This document shows positions 60,234 through 64,000 of a stretch of 64,000 nucleotides of DNA, one piece after another. This DNA comes from Diplonema japonicum (lineage: Eukaryota; Protista; Euglenozoa: Diplonemea): positions 697,524 through 761,523 of the forward strand of contig OZ025664.1 in assembly GCA_964019335.1 (NCBI GenBank), read 5' to 3'. A program made the position numbers and the translations under genes. Within the stretch, counting starts at the first letter, position 1. Each line of letters starts with the position of its first letter. The notes under the pieces were generated by a model that was not told the DNA's origin, searched no databases, and worked only from the letters and a program-made list of their open reading frames with translations.

Positions 60234-60509
60234 TGCGGCAGCGTTGTGGAAGAGGCCGGGGAGCGACAGGAGCACCCGCAGGTCAAGGGTACAGGTGGGG
60301 CCCCGAGGGGATGAATGGTCCGCCGGGGGGCTCGCTTGGCTAGCAGTAGGGGGCACTCTGGTGGGAAGCACTTCAGTTTGGATAGGGGGGCTGATGTCGG
60401 GCTAACGCCGCAGCCGCCCCTGCCGCCTTGAACGCTGCAGCCGCCCCTGCCGCAACTGAGACCGCCGCAGCCGCCCCTGCCGCAAGCCCGACCTCCGCAG
60501 CCGACCCTG

Positions 60510-60547
60510 ACCAACGATTCTAAAGCTACAGTTTCTGTACTTTATTG
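60510..60547 (+). other. Spliced-leader (mini-exon) sequence, nt 2-39, without the SL RNA intron
   Basis: ACCAACGATTCTAAAGCTACAGTTTCTGTACTTTATTG; ends in the euglenozoan-conserved CAGTTTCTGTACTTTATTG and is near-identical to the diplonemid SL as recalled; followed by GCAGAC rather than a GT donor. Confidence 0.9.
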
Positions 60548-60620
60548 GCAGACAGGGTACACACTCCTCCGGTATCCCCTCCCCCAACACACACTTTAAA
60601 AAAAAATAAAAAAAATAAAA

Positions 60621-63600
60621 ATGGATCCAAGACGGAACGCAAGAGGAGGTGACCGCGCAAACCGCAGGGAGAAGGAACCCCGACAGGCCGCCAGGCTGCA
60701 CACGACGCCAGGGCCGACCCAACCAGACTATCTGGTTGGGCAGTATGAATCCCCACCCCCACCCCCTAGATCCCCCCACCCCCCTTTAGAAAAAAAAAAT
60801 AAAATAAAAAAATCACTAGCAGAGACCGCGGTTTTGACCGCCGCTGCTACAGCCACGGCCGCCCCAGCCGCCCTGAACGCCGCAGCCGACCCTGCCGCCC
60901 TGATCGCCGCAACTGAGACCGCCGCAGCCGCCCCTGCCGCAGCCACGACCGCCGCGACCACGACCCCTGCAGCCGACCCTGCTATTGTTGAAGAGGGAAG
61001 AAAAGAGGGAGAAAAAAAGGGGTGGGTACTGGTGTATGGTGAACACCCTCCCGGGTTGAGGACGGGCCCGGCCCCTGCCTTCCCGAAAGCCCTGCTTTCA
61101 GGAAAGTGGGAGGCCCTGTCTGGGAACTCAGGGAGGGAGACCCTCCAATACGGGTACCGGTGGGAGGGGACGAACGCCAAGGTGCGCCCCACCACGGGGA
61201 TCCCAGGGGGGCGGAGGGGTGGGTGAGGGAGGTGGCCGCCGCCGCAGGGCTCGAGGTGGTCCCCAACCAGGTACTTGTCAACAAGTACAAGTCTGGTTGT
61301 GGGATTGCCGCCCACAAGGACGACGCGAGGCTGGGACCGATTGTCCTAGTCCTCTCGTAGGGTGGTGCTCCTCCCCCCCATTTGTCCCCCCCTTTTTCAT
61401 TTTTAGAGCCCTCTCCAGAGGAACCCTCCACGGAGGTAAAAAACAGACCCTCTTCGGAGGAAAACAGAGAGAGAGGGGAAGAGGTGGCACTCCCGAGAGA
61501 GGGTAGTGTTCCTCCCCCCCATTCGTCCCCCCCTTTTTCTTTTATAGAGCCCTCTCCAGAGGGACCCTCCACGGAGGTGAAAAACAGACCCTCTTCGGAG
61601 GAAAAAAAGGCAGAGGGAGAGACAGCACGCCCGAGAGAAGGTAGTGCCCCTCCCTCTCTGCCCCCCATTTTTTCTGGACCCTCTACGGAGGTGTACACCC
61701 TGGTCCCCAAGGGCCGGGGGCTTTTTTTGAGGGTGGAAGGGAAAGAAAAAAAAAAAACAAACAAGGAGGAACCTTTTTTCTTTTCAAACAACCAGGGGGA
61801 CCCAGCACCCACCCCCACCGCCCGCCAAGGTGTGGTTGGGGCGGAGGCTGCGAGCGACGTGAGAGCACCACTGCACACCCTTGTGAGAAGACAGAAAAGA
61901 GCCCCCTGGATTGCCATGGGTGGCAGGGAACCTAAGCCAGCGCCCAAGCGGAAGAAGAACAGGAGGAGGCACAGGAGCGAAGCGGCCCTTCAGAGGCGTC
62001 GGGAGAAGAGGACCAAGGCGAGGGAGGGGGCGAGGGAGGCTGCCAGACAGGAGAAGAAAAGGCACCGTCGTGCGAGGAAAGAAGGGAGGAGGAGGGCCCG
62101 CAGAGAGGAACACGAGGCCGCCCTGGAACAGAAGCCAGATGACCCTGCAATGGGGCTGAAGCGGACCGAGGTGGGAACGCCTGGAGCCCAACCCCTGGCA
62201 CCCAGAATCCCGGCACCTGGGGCTGCAACCGGCACAAGGAGGCACCGCAGACGGACGGGACACAGCAAGGAAGGGGTGAGATGGGAGCACCTGGGGGCGT
62301 GGGCCTGGGTCGCCCTGTTCTCCCTCTTGCTGATCCCAGGGGTGAGGCAGGTGCTGGGGGCGGGCATCGGGATGGCCCCCTCCTTCCTGCATGCGGCAGT
62401 GTTGTGGAAGAGGCCGGGGAGCGACAGGAGGACCACCCGCAGGTCAAGGGTACAGGTGGGGCCCCGAGGGGATGAATGGTCCGCCGGGGAGCTCGCTTGG
62501 CTAGCGGTAGGGGGCACTCTGGTGGGAAGCACTTCAGTTTGGATAGGGGGGCTGATGTCGCTCTGGGCCATGGTGGAAGTGATGGTGGGGAAAGCTGGTG
62601 CTGGCCCGACCCAGAGATTCGGACCGGTAAAGCTGAAGAAGACAAGACGCGGATCGAGAGGTCACTACCGGCCGGTGTACTTGGGCCCGCCTAGAAGCTC
62701 AAGACGCAGAAAAAAGAAGGAGGACGCCAAGCAAGCGGCGAAGGAACGAGCTGAGACGGAGGATAAGCTCTTTCAGGCCGAACACCTGGACCCCTTTGCG
62801 GACTTGACGCTGGCAGGGGACGCGTTGCAAGGAGGTGGTGACCCTCCCCCCATGGATTTGGATGATGAGCACATGGAGGCGCAGAAGGAGGGGGAAAAAG
62901 AAGGATCAGACAAACATCAATGCCGGATGGAAGACTGCTCTTTCCGCACCAGTGTGGCAAGCTGTCTAGTTAAACACCTCAATGCGGTCCACCATCATTT
63001 TGTGAAACAAGAGCAGGCGAGGAGCATGAAGGTGAACCTCTGTGGAACGTGTGCTGCGGCGTGCTCGTCGAACCAGACGCACTGTGCACTACACAGGCAG
63101 CGGAATCTGTGGAACCCCGACAAACAACCCAGGGCCGGCAAGTCAGTGGACGAGATCATGAAGAGCTTCAAGCTGACGAGGAGATCGACGGAGAAGGACG
63201 GGAACTGCATGTTCCACGCCCTGGCCGGTTCGCTCGGGGAAGCCTACGGGGACCACACCCACATCAGGAGCGAGGTTGTAGAATGGATGAAACACCGGGA
63301 GGAGCACTATGCCCCGTTTTGCAGTGAGGGTTGGGACCGGTACTTGGAAGGGATGGGCACAGCAGCGACGTGGGGAGACCACTTGTGCCTGGCAGCCGCA
63401 GCACAAGCGTTTGGCCGCACGATACTCGTGGTTGCTGGGGGGAACAACCCAGTCCTGATGATAGGGGAGTACAACTCCGACCACGAGAAGGTGGTGGTGC
63501 TGGCGTACAACGGCAACCACTACGAGTATGCAGTCGGAGAGGAGGAGTCGATGATGATGCTCCTTGATGAGTCCCAATCGGTAGCTCTACAAAAGGCAGG

Positions 63601-64000
63601 TAAGCAACCCTCCGAGGCCCCGGGTGAGGACATCGGGGAGTGGGACATAATAGACCGTGCGATCCCTGGATACGGGAAGGCAGGGGTGTTGGACCAGATG
63701 GGGGCAAGGAACCAGCAATTCCTGTACTGTCCGGTGGCGAACTGCGCTAGGTCGAAGTGCAAAAGCACGACCCCGTTCAACTCGACAAGGGTATGGAAGT
63801 GTCACCTGGATGGGCACCTGGAGAGTGATGAGATCCCGGAGAGCGTTCTGAGGAGACTGGACCTCGAGAGGTGCCTGGTGTGCAGGGGCTGTGTGTGGAA
63901 GGGTCAGGGGTGCCACGACGAGTGCAAAAAGGCGGTGCGAAGGGAAGGGGAATACACGACCCCCCCGCCGGCCCCGACGAGGACCGAGTTACCCAGCCTG
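60621..64000 (+). CDS. Retroelement polyprotein (partial): Ala/Pro-rich N-terminus, AlkB-like domain (frameshift at about 61205-61222, TAG at 61358-61360), repeats, basic region, hydrophobic segments, C2H2 finger, OTU, zinc finger
   Basis: Manual translation: RETLQYGYRW / PNQVLVNKYKSGCGIAAHKDDARLGPIVLVLS*G; CRMEDCSFRTSVASCLVKHLNAVH (62921-62992); KDGNCMFHAL...WGDHLCL...YNGNHY (63194-63523); no stop in that frame from 61361 to 64000, first in-frame ATG at 61916. Confidence 0.75.
61361..61693 (+). repeat. In-frame tandem repeat (141-nt and 138-nt units plus a partial third) inside the retroelement ORF
   Basis: Units start at 61361, 61502 and 61640 (ggt.gtg..cctccc...gaccctc.acggaggt). Confidence 0.85.

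Larger units (their letters stand above)
60510..64000 (+). mobile_element. 5' part of a CRE-like non-LTR retrotransposon (truncated by the window end)
   Basis: SL at the 5' end, ATG at 60621, GC/purine-rich ORF open from 61361 to beyond 64000 with a C2H2 finger, OTU domain and the CPV..C...H...H...C..C...H..C...LPSL zinc-finger block typical of the region before RT in CRE-clade elements; RT itself not in the window. Confidence 0.65.

Noticed and set aside
60510-60660. Functional SL RNA gene
   Set aside because: The exon is not followed by a GT donor, Sm-site-containing intron or T-tract terminator; it leads into an ORF instead.
61361-61693. CRISPR-like array
   Set aside because: The repeats are long, tandem, in-frame and have no unique spacers; the context is eukaryotic with no cas genes.
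62642-62680. GHYRPV as the end of a second OTU domain
   Set aside because: No upstream DGNC/WG motifs in frame.

Overview
Eukaryotic nuclear DNA, almost certainly from a euglenozoan and most likely a diplonemid. Evidence: about 27 host genes lie head-to-tail on the + strand with spacers often only 60-150 nt (polycistronic-type organisation); many have tiny (32-51 nt) GT-AG introns; there is a BILBO1-N domain gene and a kinetoplastid-type TDY MAP kinase; and a diplonemid-type spliced-leader (SL) exon sits at 60510-60547. Recognisable host genes: SGNH hydrolase, Pmp-repeat surface protein, MAPK, Neo1/ATP9 flippase, PHO80-type cyclin, XPB helicase, REX1-B, a soluble adenylate cyclase with three cyclase domains, GCSH, RING protein, Munc13/PATROL1-like protein, divergent myosin, CEP76, BCKDHA and a secreted berberine-bridge-type oxidase. 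Two mobile elements are present. (1) A 2.4-kb TIR DNA transposon (22997-25396) encodes a Sola-like DDD transposase antisense to the gene cluster. (2) At the right end, a CRE-like non-LTR retrotransposon begins exactly with an SL exon that lacks the SL intron, as expected for the cDNA of a trans-spliced mRNA. Its polyprotein, mostly missed by the ORF track because it runs off the window, carries an AlkB-like dioxygenase remnant, hydrophobic segments, zinc fingers and an intact-looking OTU deubiquitinase domain. The RT/endonuclease is expected beyond position 64000 and is not visible. All family assignments come from motif recognition by eye, not from database searches. Intergenic regions are extremely homopolymer-rich, so frameshifts and stops in repeats may be assembly errors.
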